A stretch of 64,000 bases of DNA from Coriobacteriia bacterium (GTDB lineage Bacteria; Actinomycetota; Coriobacteriia; Anaerosomatales; Anaerosomataceae): NCBI GenBank assembly GCA_034368805.1, contig JAXMLJ010000044.1, positions 76 to 64,075 of the forward strand, in the 5' to 3' direction. A model generated the notes under the pieces. That model did not search any database. It saw only the letters and a program-made list of their open reading frames with translations, and was not told where the DNA came from. This document shows positions 1 to 9,637 of this stretch, piece after piece. The position numbers and the translations under genes were made by a program. Each line of letters opens with the position of its first letter. Within the stretch, counting starts at the first letter, position 1.

Positions 1-1
1 C

Positions 2-760
2 TTTGAGATCGATGTGGCCACGCGCAAAGTCGTCCGCGAGTTCGACACGAGAAGCGCGTGGACCAAGTGGGTCGAGCTCTCGCCCGATGAGGGTACGCTC
101 TACGCCAGCAACTGGTCCGGTGACGACGTCTCGGTCATCGACCTTGCCACCGGGGAGCTCGTCTCACGCGTCCGCGTCTCCAACACGCCGCGCGGCATGT
201 ACGCTACCGACGACGGGAAATCCCTCTACGTCGCGGGCTTTGACAGCGGGCACCTCGAGCGGATCGACCTGGCCACGGACGCCGTCACCGCGCTGTTCAC
301 CGGAGGTGGCGCACTTCGGCACATCGTGGCCGACGAGGCGACCGGCCGCCTGTTCATCTCGGACATGGCCGACGATCTCATCTGGGTGCACGACATGGCC
401 ACCGGCACCACCACGAAGTTCGTGGACACCGACGAGAAGCCCAACACGATAGACCTCACGCCCGACGGCAAGATGCTCTTCGTGAGCTGCCGGGGCGAGA
501 ACAACCCCAAGTCGTACTACATCCCGGGCCCCGAGTGGGGCTCGATCCTTGTGTTCGATACCGCAAGCGGCCGCCCGCTCGACGCGCTGATCGCCGGCAA
601 CCAGCCGACCGCGCTCGATGTTTCCGATGACGGCACGCTGCTCATCTTCAGCGACTTCCTCGACAACCGCCTGCGCGTCTACGAGATCCCGCCGTACGAG
701 GAGTTCGCAGCGGGAGGCGGCGGGCGCTTCGAGGCACACAAAGCCGAGGTCAGGAAGTAG
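2..760 (+). CDS. YVTN-family beta-propeller repeat protein (5' partial, open to window edge)
   Basis: ORF 14..760 stays open upstream to base 2. Repeated blade motifs are visible: SNWSGDDVSVIDLATGE, TDDGKSLYVAG, TPDGKMLFVSC, SDDGTLLIFSD. Confidence 0.75.
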   Translation, partial: FEIDVATRKVVREFDTRSAWTKWVELSPDEGTLYASNWSGDDVSVIDLATGELVSRVRVSNTPRGMYATDDGKSLYVAGFDSGHLERIDLATDAVTALFTGGGALRHIVADEATGRLFISDMADDLIWVHDMATGTTTKFVDTDEKPNTIDLTPDGKMLFVSCRGENNPKSYYIPGPEWGSILVFDTASGRPLDALIAGNQPTALDVSDDGTLLIFSDFLDNRLRVYEIPPYEEFAAGGGGRFEAHKAEVRK

Positions 761-778
761 GCACCCCGACCTGCGTGA

Positions 779-838
779 TGCCTCACAATAGTTGGTACTC
801 GAGTGACTGATTCGGTGCCTCACAATAAAGGTACTCGA
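779..838. repeat. Left IS end: outer (779-802) plus inner (816-838) copies of the terminal repeat
   Basis: TGCCTCACAATAGTTGGTACTCGA and TGCCTCACAATAAAGGTACTCGA, separated by 13 nt. Confidence 0.8.
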
Positions 839-2027
839 CCTCCGATGCCTCCACCTCCTCTTTCCATCTCGGGTTCTTGCGGGCGTTGAGCCTGTAGAGC
901 TCGTCTTGGAGCCTGCCGATCCGCCTCCTCAGGTCCGCGGGATTGAGTGTCTCGAACTGTGCGGTGAGCGCGTCTTTGGCCTTCTTCTCCACGTCGTCGC
1001 GCGTGAGCACACGCCGGTACGGTGTCATCGGCCTGTCGTAGCGCTTGGTGACTTTGGAGCCGTCACGGGTCTTTGAGACGAGCTTGGCCGAAGGCATGAA
1101 GAAGTTGGTGTGCAGGCGCACGAGCGCGTGGATCTCGCGTAACACGGTGAGCTCCTCAGGCGTGTCGAATCGCGCGTAGCCCACGTTCTGGCGCACCACC
1201 GACCAGTTCTTCTGCTCGACGTGGCACCCGTCGTTCTTGCGGTAGGCGCGGCTCCTGGTGAAGGTGATGCCGTGCTCGGTGCAGTAGCGGTACAGCTGGT
1301 CGTTGATGAACTCGCTGCCGTTGTCCGAGTCGATCCCGAGCAGCGGGAACGGCAGGTGTGCCACGATGTCTTGGAGCGCGGCGAAGACGTGGACCTGTGC
1401 TTTGTTGCGCACCGCCCGCGTCTCGGTCCAGCCCGTGGCGATGTCGGTGGCGTCGAGCGTGTTGCAGTACTCGCCTCCCGTAGAGTCCCCGCAGTGAGCC
1501 ACCAGGTCGATCTCGATGAAGCCGGGTGCGGCGTCGTTCCACTCCGTGCCGGTCCTGATCTGGATCTGGCTCTTGAGCAGCGTGCCGGGCTTGGTGGTCG
1601 CGCGGCCCTTGAGGGAGGTCTTGGCCCGGTCGGGCGCAAGCATGCGGTCGATGGTGGCTGCAGACATCGCGGAGAGCAGTTCGATCACACGCCGGTCGCA
1701 GGTAAGCTCGCCTGCGCGCACGAGTGCGTCGAGGATGTCTCCCATGCCGGCCGCCACCCGCTTGCCGCATGCGTAGTCCAGACTCGCCCAGACCTTGCGA
1801 AGCGGGAGCATCACCTGAGGCGTGTAGGTCTTCTTGCGCCCGCGGGTCTCAGGGACGCTCCGCTTCTTCGGTTCGCGCCTGAGAGCGCGCGACGCGTAGC
1901 CCCGGCTCCAGCCCGTGAGAGCCACCAGCTCGTCGAGCATCGAGGCCTTCTCCGTCTTGGACGCCCGCCGGTATCGGCGGTGCATCTCGCGTGTGATCGC
2001 TCTCTTCTCTGCCATCGAAAGCGGCAT
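783..2027 (-). CDS. DDE-type (rve core) transposase/integrase, IS family not resolved
   Basis: ORF 783..2198. ATG at 2027 (MPLSMAEKRAI) follows an HTH-like N-terminus. Candidate DD(35)E residues are IEIDLVAH, GIDSDNGSEF and HVEQKNW. The stop codon lies inside the outer left repeat. Confidence 0.8.
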   Translation of the reverse strand: MPLSMAEKRAITREMHRRYRRASKTEKASMLDELVALTGWSRGYASRALRREPKKRSVPETRGRKKTYTPQVMLPLRKVWASLDYACGKRVAAGMGDILDALVRAGELTCDRRVIELLSAMSAATIDRMLAPDRAKTSLKGRATTKPGTLLKSQIQIRTGTEWNDAAPGFIEIDLVAHCGDSTGGEYCNTLDATDIATGWTETRAVRNKAQVHVFAALQDIVAHLPFPLLGIDSDNGSEFINDQLYRYCTEHGITFTRSRAYRKNDGCHVEQKNWSVVRQNVGYARFDTPEELTVLREIHALVRLHTNFFMPSAKLVSKTRDGSKVTKRYDRPMTPYRRVLTRDDVEKKAKDALTAQFETLNPADLRRRIGRLQDELYRLNARKNPRWKEEVEASEVEYLYCEAPNQSLEYQLL

Positions 2028-2066
2028 CCTCGTGGCCCTTCGCCGGTCGATCCGGCGGGTGCCGGC

Positions 2067-2124
2067 TCGAGTACCTCCTTTTCTGAGGCATCGAATCGGT
2101 TTCGAGTACATTCTTTGTGAGGCA
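2067..2124. repeat. Right IS end: inner (2067-2090) plus outer (2102-2124) copies, inverted relative to the left end
   Basis: TCGAGTACCTCCTTTTCTGAGGCA and TCGAGTACATTCTTTGTGAGGCA, separated by 11 nt. The outer copy matches the left inner copy at 20 of 23 positions after reverse complementing. Confidence 0.8.
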
Positions 2125-2272
2125 ACGCGACGATTGGCTATTTCGCACGTCAGCACGTATACTCTCTCGAGAACCGCGCCCGATCCCGGGCCCGGCACAC
2201 CAAGACCCGGTCGTCCTTCGCTCTCCTCGTGACGTGTCAGGACAACTGCGTCTGCCCGCAGTGCAGCCTGAT

Positions 2273-3514
<1,242 letters not shown>

Positions 3515-3545
3515 ACTGCGCCAAACGTATCGACTGAGAAGCCAC

Positions 3546-3577
3546 AACAGGCGTCGCACTCCGGTGCGGCGCCTGTT
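3546..3577. terminator. Strong GC-rich hairpin between convergent genes (bidirectional terminator candidate)
   Basis: AACAGGCGTCGCAC (3546-3559), loop TCCG, then GTGCGGCGCCTGTT (3564-3577). This is a 14-bp stem with one mismatch. Confidence 0.6.
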
Positions 3578-3586
3578 CGCATGCCT

Positions 3587-4144
3587 CTATGCGAGGCTCG
3601 CCCTGATCGCAGCGGCAAGCGCAACCGGTCCGGCGCTCTTCTCGACCACCCGTGCGCCAGCGGGCGCTTCCACGCCGTCGAGCCGGTCGGTAAGGACGAT
3701 GATCGGCGCATCGGTCATCCGACGCACGTCGTGGGCCGTCTTGCCGTCTCCGAGCCCGTAGCCGCACACCACCGCGGAGTAGCCGCCCGCGGCCAGGTCG
3801 CGCTGGGCCTCGGTGAACGACAGGTGACGCACAATCTCCGAGTCGCTGTAGTGTGAGGCGATCGTGGCCGAAGCCAGCGCCGCAAAGACGGGGGGGTCCT
3901 CGATGACCAGGAAGCGCCGCCTGCTGCCCGAGGACGTGTCCTCAGACCAGTCACCGGTCGACCCATCGGGCATCAGGGTTTGTGGCACGTTCTCGCCCGC
4001 AGCCAACCGCCGGTACCGGGCGCACTCCTCGTGGTGTCCTCCGCGGCAGAACATGAACGCCGACGCATGCTTCACGCGCAGGACGAGACTCGGCTGTACG
4101 TCTTGATAGAACGCGCATTCGTGAGTCCGAGTGCACAGGGTCAT
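3587..4144 (-). CDS. Cys/His-rich N-terminal domain fused to a degenerate (pseudo-)receiver domain
   Basis: ATG 4144 is preceded by AAAGGAGG at 6-nt spacing. The N-terminus MTLCTRTHECAFY..FCRGGHHEECARY has 4 Cys. The C-terminus aligns to CheY-like REC (RFLVIEDPP.., APIIVLTD, VEKS), but the acceptor position reads VVCGYG with no Asp. Confidence 0.7.
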   Translation of the reverse strand: MTLCTRTHECAFYQDVQPSLVLRVKHASAFMFCRGGHHEECARYRRLAAGENVPQTLMPDGSTGDWSEDTSSGSRRRFLVIEDPPVFAALASATIASHYSDSEIVRHLSFTEAQRDLAAGGYSAVVCGYGLGDGKTAHDVRRMTDAPIIVLTDRLDGVEAPAGARVVEKSAGPVALAAAIRASLA

Positions 4145-4246
4145 GCACTGCCTCCTTTGTCGGGTGGTCGCGCGATGCCCGGGGCTCGGCGACACACAGT
4201 AGCCGAAAGATACCATACGACCGTGCCCCGGCCCGACCGGCGAGCG

Positions 4247-5074
4247 CTACGGTCGGCTCCATCGCCACACGACCACGTTGACGGATGCCGTCACGGGCAC
4301 GGGGTCCGGCAGTCTCGCGATCCGCGCTTCGCGCTCGGGATGAGTCATGTGGCGAGCACTCGGTCCCATGCCGGCGAGCGCGGCGACGTCCTCGTGTCCG
4401 AGCATCATCAACACCTCAAGCGGCTCCGAGGTCTCCCGCGCGAAGTGCTCGCCAAACGACGTCGCGAGCCGCTCCTCCTTGCGGTCGTCGACCGAGATCA
4501 GGCCGATCGCATCGATGAGCTCGGTAAGGTGCCGAGGGGTTGGCGTGACGGTCACGACGATGCCGTCTTTCGCAAGCACCCGGGAGAACTCCGCGGGGTT
4601 GCGCGGCGCGAACACGCTCATCACGGCACTCACCGAGGCATCGGCTACCGGAAGCCGGTCCCAGGCGTCGCAGACGACCGCCGAGGCGCGCGGGTGCACG
4701 CGGGCCGCCCGGCGGGCTGCGTACTTCGAGATGTCGAGCGCGAGACCCACCGCCGCGGGCATCCGGTCGAGTACCGCGGCGAGGTAGTACCCGCTCCCGG
4801 CACCGACGTCGAGCACCCGGGGGGCGCTCGCCCCTCGGACGGCACCCGCTATAGCAGCGGCAAGTGCCTCCGCGATGTGCTCGTAGTGCCTCGCTCCTAA
4901 GAACGCCTCCCGCGCGGTGACCATCTCGGCCGTGTCTGCGGTCCCGGGCGCCGCACCCCCGCCGAGCAGGTTGACGTACCCATGCCGCGCCACGTCGAAC
5001 GTGTGCCCCTGCCCGCACCGCAGACTCCCGCCCTCGGCGGTGAGCGGCGAGCGGCACACCGGGCACTCCAGCAT
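4247..5074 (-). CDS. rlmA: 23S rRNA (guanine-N1)-methyltransferase, RlmA/RrmA family
   Basis: N-terminal zinc motif CPVCRSPL..LRCGQGHTFD..GYVNLL, followed by SAM motif VLDVGAGSGYY. Start taken at MLECPVC. Confidence 0.8.
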   Translation of the reverse strand: MLECPVCRSPLTAEGGSLRCGQGHTFDVARHGYVNLLGGGAAPGTADTAEMVTAREAFLGARHYEHIAEALAAAIAGAVRGASAPRVLDVGAGSGYYLAAVLDRMPAAVGLALDISKYAARRAARVHPRASAVVCDAWDRLPVADASVSAVMSVFAPRNPAEFSRVLAKDGIVVTVTPTPRHLTELIDAIGLISVDDRKEERLATSFGEHFARETSEPLEVLMMLGHEDVAALAGMGPSARHMTHPEREARIARLPDPVPVTASVNVVVWRWSRP

Positions 5075-5229
5075 GTCCGGAGGCGGGAGCACCGCTACCC
5101 CGCCCGTCGGGTGATGTCGCCCTGCGCCACGCTGCTCCTCTCGCACATCCACTCATCGGATTGTGCCCGTTCGTGCCCGCCACGCCCACCCTGCCGTAGA
5201 ATGGTGCCCTCCGACGAGAGGAACACCTG

Positions 5230-5721
5230 ATGCCCGGCGTGCGCGCCGCCCAGAACGTGAGCCGCATGTGCATGGTGTGCGGAACTGAGAACACCGCAGG
5301 CCTCAAGGCGCGCTTCCTCGAACTCGAGACCGGCGAACTGGCGGGCGTTTTCACGCCGCGCCCGGAGCATCAGGGCTACCCGGGCCGACTGCACGGCGGC
5401 ATCGCGTCGACGATACTCGACGAGACCATCGGCCGGGCCATCAACATCTCCGACCGGGACGCCTGGGGCGTGACCGTCGAACTCACCGTCCGCTACCGGA
5501 AACCGGTGCCGATCGACACGCCCGTCACAGCGATCGGCCGCATCACAAAGGACTCCGGTCGGCTGTTCGAAGGCACCGCCGAGATCGTGCTCGCCGACGG
5601 CAGCGTAGCGGTCGAGGCCCGCGGCCGCTATATACGGCTCCCTATCGATCGCATCGTGGAGGGCGACTTCGGCGCCGAGTGGATACCCGATGAGCGCCCG
5701 CTTCCCGACGCGATAGAGTGA
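5230..5721 (+). CDS. PaaI-family (hotdog fold) thioesterase
   Basis: CMVCGTEN.., GRLHGGIASTILDETIGRA and a TVELTVRYRKPVP pattern typical of PaaI/YbgC-like thioesterases. Confidence 0.8.
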   Translation: MPGVRAAQNVSRMCMVCGTENTAGLKARFLELETGELAGVFTPRPEHQGYPGRLHGGIASTILDETIGRAINISDRDAWGVTVELTVRYRKPVPIDTPVTAIGRITKDSGRLFEGTAEIVLADGSVAVEARGRYIRLPIDRIVEGDFGAEWIPDERPLPDAIE

Positions 5722-5749
5722 GTCCCCGCCCAAGATCCGACGGGGACTC
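5720..5749. terminator. Hairpin between convergent genes
   Basis: GAGTCCCCG (5720-5728) pairs with CGGGGACTC (5741-5749), with a 12-nt loop. It begins within the PaaI stop codon (5719-5721). Confidence 0.5.
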
Positions 5750-5773
5750 CATCGCGAACCGGTTGTCTGGCGG

Positions 5774-5953
5774 CTATGCTTTGGCCTGCCACTTACAGCG
5801 AACCGGCGACTCGATCTCGCCTGACTTCTTGAGCGCGTCCATCGCCTTGTCGACGTCCTTGCGGTCAAGACCGGTCAACTCTGCGACCTTGCCCGCGGCA
5901 AGCGGCTCACCGGCCGCTTTCATCACCTCAAGTACCTGCGTGATGGCGTCCAT
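5774..5953 (-). CDS. Small (59 aa) winged-helix DNA-binding-like protein, absent from the ORF track because it is under 60 aa
   Basis: ATG 5953 is preceded by GAAGGAGAA. My translation is MDAITQVLEVMKAAGEPLAAGKVAELTGLDRKDVDKAMDALKKSGEIESPVRCKWQAKA, ending at TAG 5774-5776. Confidence 0.6.
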   Translation of the reverse strand: MDAITQVLEVMKAAGEPLAAGKVAELTGLDRKDVDKAMDALKKSGEIESPVRCKWQAKA

Positions 5954-6114
5954 GGATTCTCCTTCTCATGTCACGGCACGATCATATCCGCGTCCAGCGC
6001 CTAACGGTTTCCAGACCTCCCACACGTGACCGATGAGATCGTCGGCACCTACGCACTATACGTGGAGAAGTCGATCCCCGCTCGTGGGACGACGTACTCG
6101 CGCGCGCTCGGCCC

Positions 6115-7026
6115 CTAGAGCACGCCGAAGTCGTATCCCTGCGCACGCAGGCCCTCGATCGCCGCATCGAGCGCCTGCGTGTCGCTCGAGGACACGCCGT
6201 GCAGCAGGTAGATGGCGCCGGGATGGCTGCCGCCGAGAATCCGGCTGATCGTGACGTCGACCGGCGGCTGGTCATCCACGACCCAGTCGCGGTGCGCGAA
6301 GCCCCAGAACACGCTCGTGTAGCCGAGCTGCTGCGTGAGCCACAGCGAACGGGCGCTGTACTCCCCCATCGGCGGCCGCATGATCGGCGCCATCGAACGG
6401 CCCGTGACCTCCTCGTACGCGCGCTCCGTGCTTTCGAGCTCCCCGGCGAACGTCGCCCTGTCGGTGGCGATCCCGGGCAGCGACGGGTGTGTCGCCGTGT
6501 GGTTGCCGACAACGTGTCCCTCATCGACCATGCGCCGGACAAGGCCGGGGTTGTTGACGATGTAGGACCGGGTCACGAAGAAGGTCGCCTTCACGCCGTT
6601 GCGTGCGAGCGCGTCAAGGATGGCCGGCGTGTTGCCGTTCTCGTAGCCCTGGTCGACCGTGAGGTAGACCGCACCGGGATCCGGGCCGGTGTAGATACCG
6701 CCGTAGGCGGTCAGCAGACGGCTCGCCTCGGCCGGCACGCCCGGCGCGTCATGCGAGGAGTCGGCGATGTAGTACCAGCCGTAGCGGGTATCGTCGTCGG
6801 GCTCCGGCGTGTCTGGAGGCTCGACCGGCGTCGGATCGCGCGGCGCAGGCGACTGCGGTGCGCCCGGCTCGGGGGCCGGTTCGGGCACGGGCGGTTCAGG
6901 CACCGCGCCGAGGCGGGGCTCAGCCGTCGGATAGACATCCAGCACGCGAGACCCGAACGCGAACGCCAGGGCCGCGAGTGCCACGACGAGGAGAACACCT
7001 ATCAGTATGCGAGTCCGGCGCGCCAT
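6115..7026 (-). CDS. Polysaccharide deacetylase (CE4, PdaA-like) with N-terminal membrane anchor and Pro-rich linker
   Basis: MARRTRILIGVLLVVALAALAF anchor, PEPPVPEPAPEPGAP linker, then CE4 motifs LTVDQGYENG, HVVGNHTATH and RPPMGEYS. GAGGGTG precedes ATG 7026. Confidence 0.85.
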   Translation of the reverse strand: MARRTRILIGVLLVVALAALAFAFGSRVLDVYPTAEPRLGAVPEPPVPEPAPEPGAPQSPAPRDPTPVEPPDTPEPDDDTRYGWYYIADSSHDAPGVPAEASRLLTAYGGIYTGPDPGAVYLTVDQGYENGNTPAILDALARNGVKATFFVTRSYIVNNPGLVRRMVDEGHVVGNHTATHPSLPGIATDRATFAGELESTERAYEEVTGRSMAPIMRPPMGEYSARSLWLTQQLGYTSVFWGFAHRDWVVDDQPPVDVTISRILGGSHPGAIYLLHGVSSSDTQALDAAIEGLRAQGYDFGVL

Positions 7027-7113
7027 GAGTCTCACACCCTCGCGGGTTCCCGGGTACTACACCTGTAGACGCCACCGAGGGGCGAAACGTTCCATCCGGC
7101 CGTCGGGCGCCTC

Positions 7114-8238
7114 TCACAACCTGCCCAGGAACTCCACGAACCGCTCGCTGGCACGCCCGTCAGCGCGATGCCCGTGTGTCGCGATGAACGGCTCGAACGG
7201 GCGCATATCGAACTCTCCACGCGCGATGATGTCGGCAACCTCGTCTGTGGTGGTCGCCATGACGCCTATCATCTCGGTGCGATAGTCGAGGTAAAGACCC
7301 GGATCGCGCTCGTACTCCTCGATATCCGGGACCATCAGCACGAGCGGGCGCCGCAGCAGCGCGTACTCGAAGATGGCCGAGGTGTAGTCGGTCACGAGAA
7401 TGTCGGTGACACAGAACAGCTCGTTCAGGTCCACATCGGCATCCACGTAGACGACGCCGGGGACACGCGGGCGCGTTCCCGGACCGAGCACCGGATGTCG
7501 CTTGTAGACGAGGACGTCACCCTCGCCGAGGAGGCCGACGAGGCGCGCGAGGTCGAGTAGGCGCGCCGAACGCTTCTCGTGGCCGACACCCCTGAACGTC
7601 GGCGCGTACAGGATCACCCGCCGACCGGAGATCTCCGGATACTGCTCGACTATGCGCAGTCGGGCATCGGACATCGCCGCCTCATCGGAAAAGAAGTCGC
7701 TGCGTGCCGAGCCGAGCGGGATCACGCGGTCCGGATCGGTCCGCAGCGCCGATGCGTACGGCACGACCGCCGCCTCGGAGCCGACGATCACGTAGTCGTA
7801 CCGCCTGTGGAGAAACGTGCGCTCGACCGGCCGCTGGGCCTCGTGCGTGTCCAGGCCGAACCGCTTGAGCGCGCCCATCGCATGCCACACCTGGATGACC
7901 ACCGTCTCCGGCCGGTGCGGCAGGACGTGAACGGGCAGGTACGCATTGTCGATGATGAAGAACCGGGCCGTCGCAAGATGGTAGGTGGCGCGAACCAGGT
8001 GGAACAGGTAGCGGACCTTGTCGGCCAGACCGTACCCGTAGCGCTCGAGCAGGTGCACACGGTCAAGGTCGGGGCGCATGCGGTCCAGCGCGCGATCGAT
8101 GTAGAGCAGGTTGCCCTCGAGCCGCTCGGCTCGCGCCGAAGCCAGGACCACCTTCGAGCGATCGACCGGCAGCAGCCGGAAGGCCAGCCACCACACGCGC
8201 AGGAACACCCTGGACAGATACAGCTCGAGCGCCGTCAT
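7114..8238 (-). CDS. CDP-glycerol/CDP-alditol phosphotransferase, TagB/TagF family (paralogue 1)
   Basis: Glyphos_transf-type sequence (QVWHAMGALKRFG, ILYAPTFRG, VLVYKRHP, LVTDYTSAIFEYALL). ATG 8238 overlaps the upstream stop as ATGA. Confidence 0.88.
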   Translation of the reverse strand: MTALELYLSRVFLRVWWLAFRLLPVDRSKVVLASARAERLEGNLLYIDRALDRMRPDLDRVHLLERYGYGLADKVRYLFHLVRATYHLATARFFIIDNAYLPVHVLPHRPETVVIQVWHAMGALKRFGLDTHEAQRPVERTFLHRRYDYVIVGSEAAVVPYASALRTDPDRVIPLGSARSDFFSDEAAMSDARLRIVEQYPEISGRRVILYAPTFRGVGHEKRSARLLDLARLVGLLGEGDVLVYKRHPVLGPGTRPRVPGVVYVDADVDLNELFCVTDILVTDYTSAIFEYALLRRPLVLMVPDIEEYERDPGLYLDYRTEMIGVMATTTDEVADIIARGEFDMRPFEPFIATHGHRADGRASERFVEFLGRL

Positions 8239-8948
8239 CGGCCCGCTGTCGGCGCCTGACGGACGATGAGGTTCTGCCCGTCCAGACACGTCTCATCGTC
8301 GCGCATGAGCGTAGCGATGACCTCAGCCACATCCTCCGGCTGCATGATCGTCGACGGGTCTTCCTCGGGAGCGAGCTTGCGCCTGAGCTCGGTGGCGCAG
8401 CGGCCCGGCGAGATGCTGTAGACCTTGATCCCGTACTCGGCCATTTCGTCGGTGAGCGTGTTGGAGATCGAGACCACGGCGGCTTTCGATGCGGCGTAGG
8501 CGAGCCAGCCGGGACGGGAGGTGACGCCCGCCGTAGACGCGACGTTCAAGATCTTTGATGCCGAGTGCCGCATGTACTTCACGCACTCACGCGTGAGCAC
8601 GATGAGCGCGAACACGTTGACCTGGAACGTCGTCATGATGTTCTCGGTGGTGGTGTCGAGCAGAGCGGCGGGCTCGGCGTAACCCGCGATGTTGAGCAGC
8701 AGGTCGATCGAGCCGAACTCCTCGTACACGCGTTTGACCATCGCGGGGACCGCGTCGAGGTCGGCCAGGTCGAACGCCACGAGCTCGATGCGTTTGCCGT
8801 CCGATTCCATGGCGTCGCGCGTCGCCGCAAGGCCTTCCTCGCTCCGCGCGATGAGAACCAGGTTGCCGACTTCGGGATCCCTGCTCATGCGTATGGCGGC
8901 GGCGCGCCCGATCCCCTGACTCGCGCCGGTGATGATACAGGTCTTCAT
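8235..8948 (-). CDS. SDR-family oxidoreductase (candidate alditol-phosphate-forming reductase)
   Basis: TGASQGIGRA Rossmann motif and YAASKAAV catalytic motif. The start overlaps the cytidylyltransferase stop by 1 nt (TGATG junction at 8946-8950). Confidence 0.85.
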   Translation of the reverse strand: MKTCIITGASQGIGRAAAIRMSRDPEVGNLVLIARSEEGLAATRDAMESDGKRIELVAFDLADLDAVPAMVKRVYEEFGSIDLLLNIAGYAEPAALLDTTTENIMTTFQVNVFALIVLTRECVKYMRHSASKILNVASTAGVTSRPGWLAYAASKAAVVSISNTLTDEMAEYGIKVYSISPGRCATELRRKLAPEEDPSTIMQPEDVAEVIATLMRDDETCLDGQNLIVRQAPTAGR

Positions 8949-9637
8949 CAGTCGGACGCTCCCCTGAGGACGTATTCGCTGTAGATGGCCTCCCCGAGCA
9001 CCAGGTCGACCGGCTGCGTGATCTTGATGTTGTTCGCCATGCCCGGAAGTATCCGTACCCGGCCCTGACCGTAATGATGGAGCAGGCTCGCGTCTTCAGT
9101 GAACACACGGCCTTCGGCACGCGCCGCCTCGTGCGCGGCCCGAAGCCGCGCCACATCGAACTTCTGGGGCAACTGCACGTTGACGAGCGACGACCGGTCG
9201 AGCGTCTGCTCCACGTACTCATGACCGACGAGCACCGTGAACGGGATCGGCGAACCGTAGATGGCGTTCTCGGCCGGATCGTCGATGAGCGCCTGGAACT
9301 CCGCCGTCGTCACGAACGGCCGAACCGCCTCGTGGATCACGACCGAGTCGTAGCCCTCGAAGTACGAGAGGCCGTTGTAGACGGACTCCTGGCGCGTCGC
9401 GCCGCCTACGACACACGTGAAGCGGTCGGCGAGGTTCCGGTGCGCGAGGAGCTCCTCGGTCAGCGACACGTGCTCGGGCGGACACACGATTATCCTGGTG
9501 ATGTCAGGGAGATCCCGAACGCGGTCGAGCACGTGCGCGATGATCGGCTTACCTGCAAGCAGGATGAACTGCTTGGGCATCGGCTGGCCCATGCGCTCGC
9601 CGACTCCGCCGGCCAGTACCATCAAGCCGCGTCTCAT
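8948..9637 (-). CDS. IspD/TarI-family cytidylyltransferase (CDP-alditol synthase candidate)
   Basis: LAGGVGERMG..PKQF, GGATRQESV and KITQPVDL are typical of IspD/TarI. It sits in the wall-polymer cluster. Confidence 0.85.
   Translation of the reverse strand: MRRGLMVLAGGVGERMGQPMPKQFILLAGKPIIAHVLDRVRDLPDITRIIVCPPEHVSLTEELLAHRNLADRFTCVVGGATRQESVYNGLSYFEGYDSVVIHEAVRPFVTTAEFQALIDDPAENAIYGSPIPFTVLVGHEYVEQTLDRSSLVNVQLPQKFDVARLRAAHEAARAEGRVFTEDASLLHHYGQGRVRILPGMANNIKITQPVDLVLGEAIYSEYVLRGASD

Larger units (their letters stand above)
779..2124 (-). mobile_element. Insertion sequence with one DDE transposase gene and doubled terminal inverted repeats
   Basis: Motif TGCCTCACAA..GTACTCGA occurs at 779-802 and 816-838, and inverted at 2067-2090 and 2102-2124. 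Outer tips are 5'-TG..CA-3'. A single transposase ORF lies inside. Confidence 0.8.

Noticed and set aside
2117-2272. N-terminal extension of the helicase ORF starting at GTG 2117.
   Set aside because: The start lies inside the IS terminal repeat, and the extension (MRQRDDWLFRTSARILS..) is not helicase-like. ATG 2273 gives a normal DEAD-box N-terminus.
6780-6960. Repetitive CCG/GGC-rich stretch in the deacetylase gene.
   Set aside because: It encodes the Pro-rich linker (PEPPVPEPAPEPGAPQSPAP..) between the membrane anchor and the CE4 domain. It is low-complexity coding sequence, not a DNA element.
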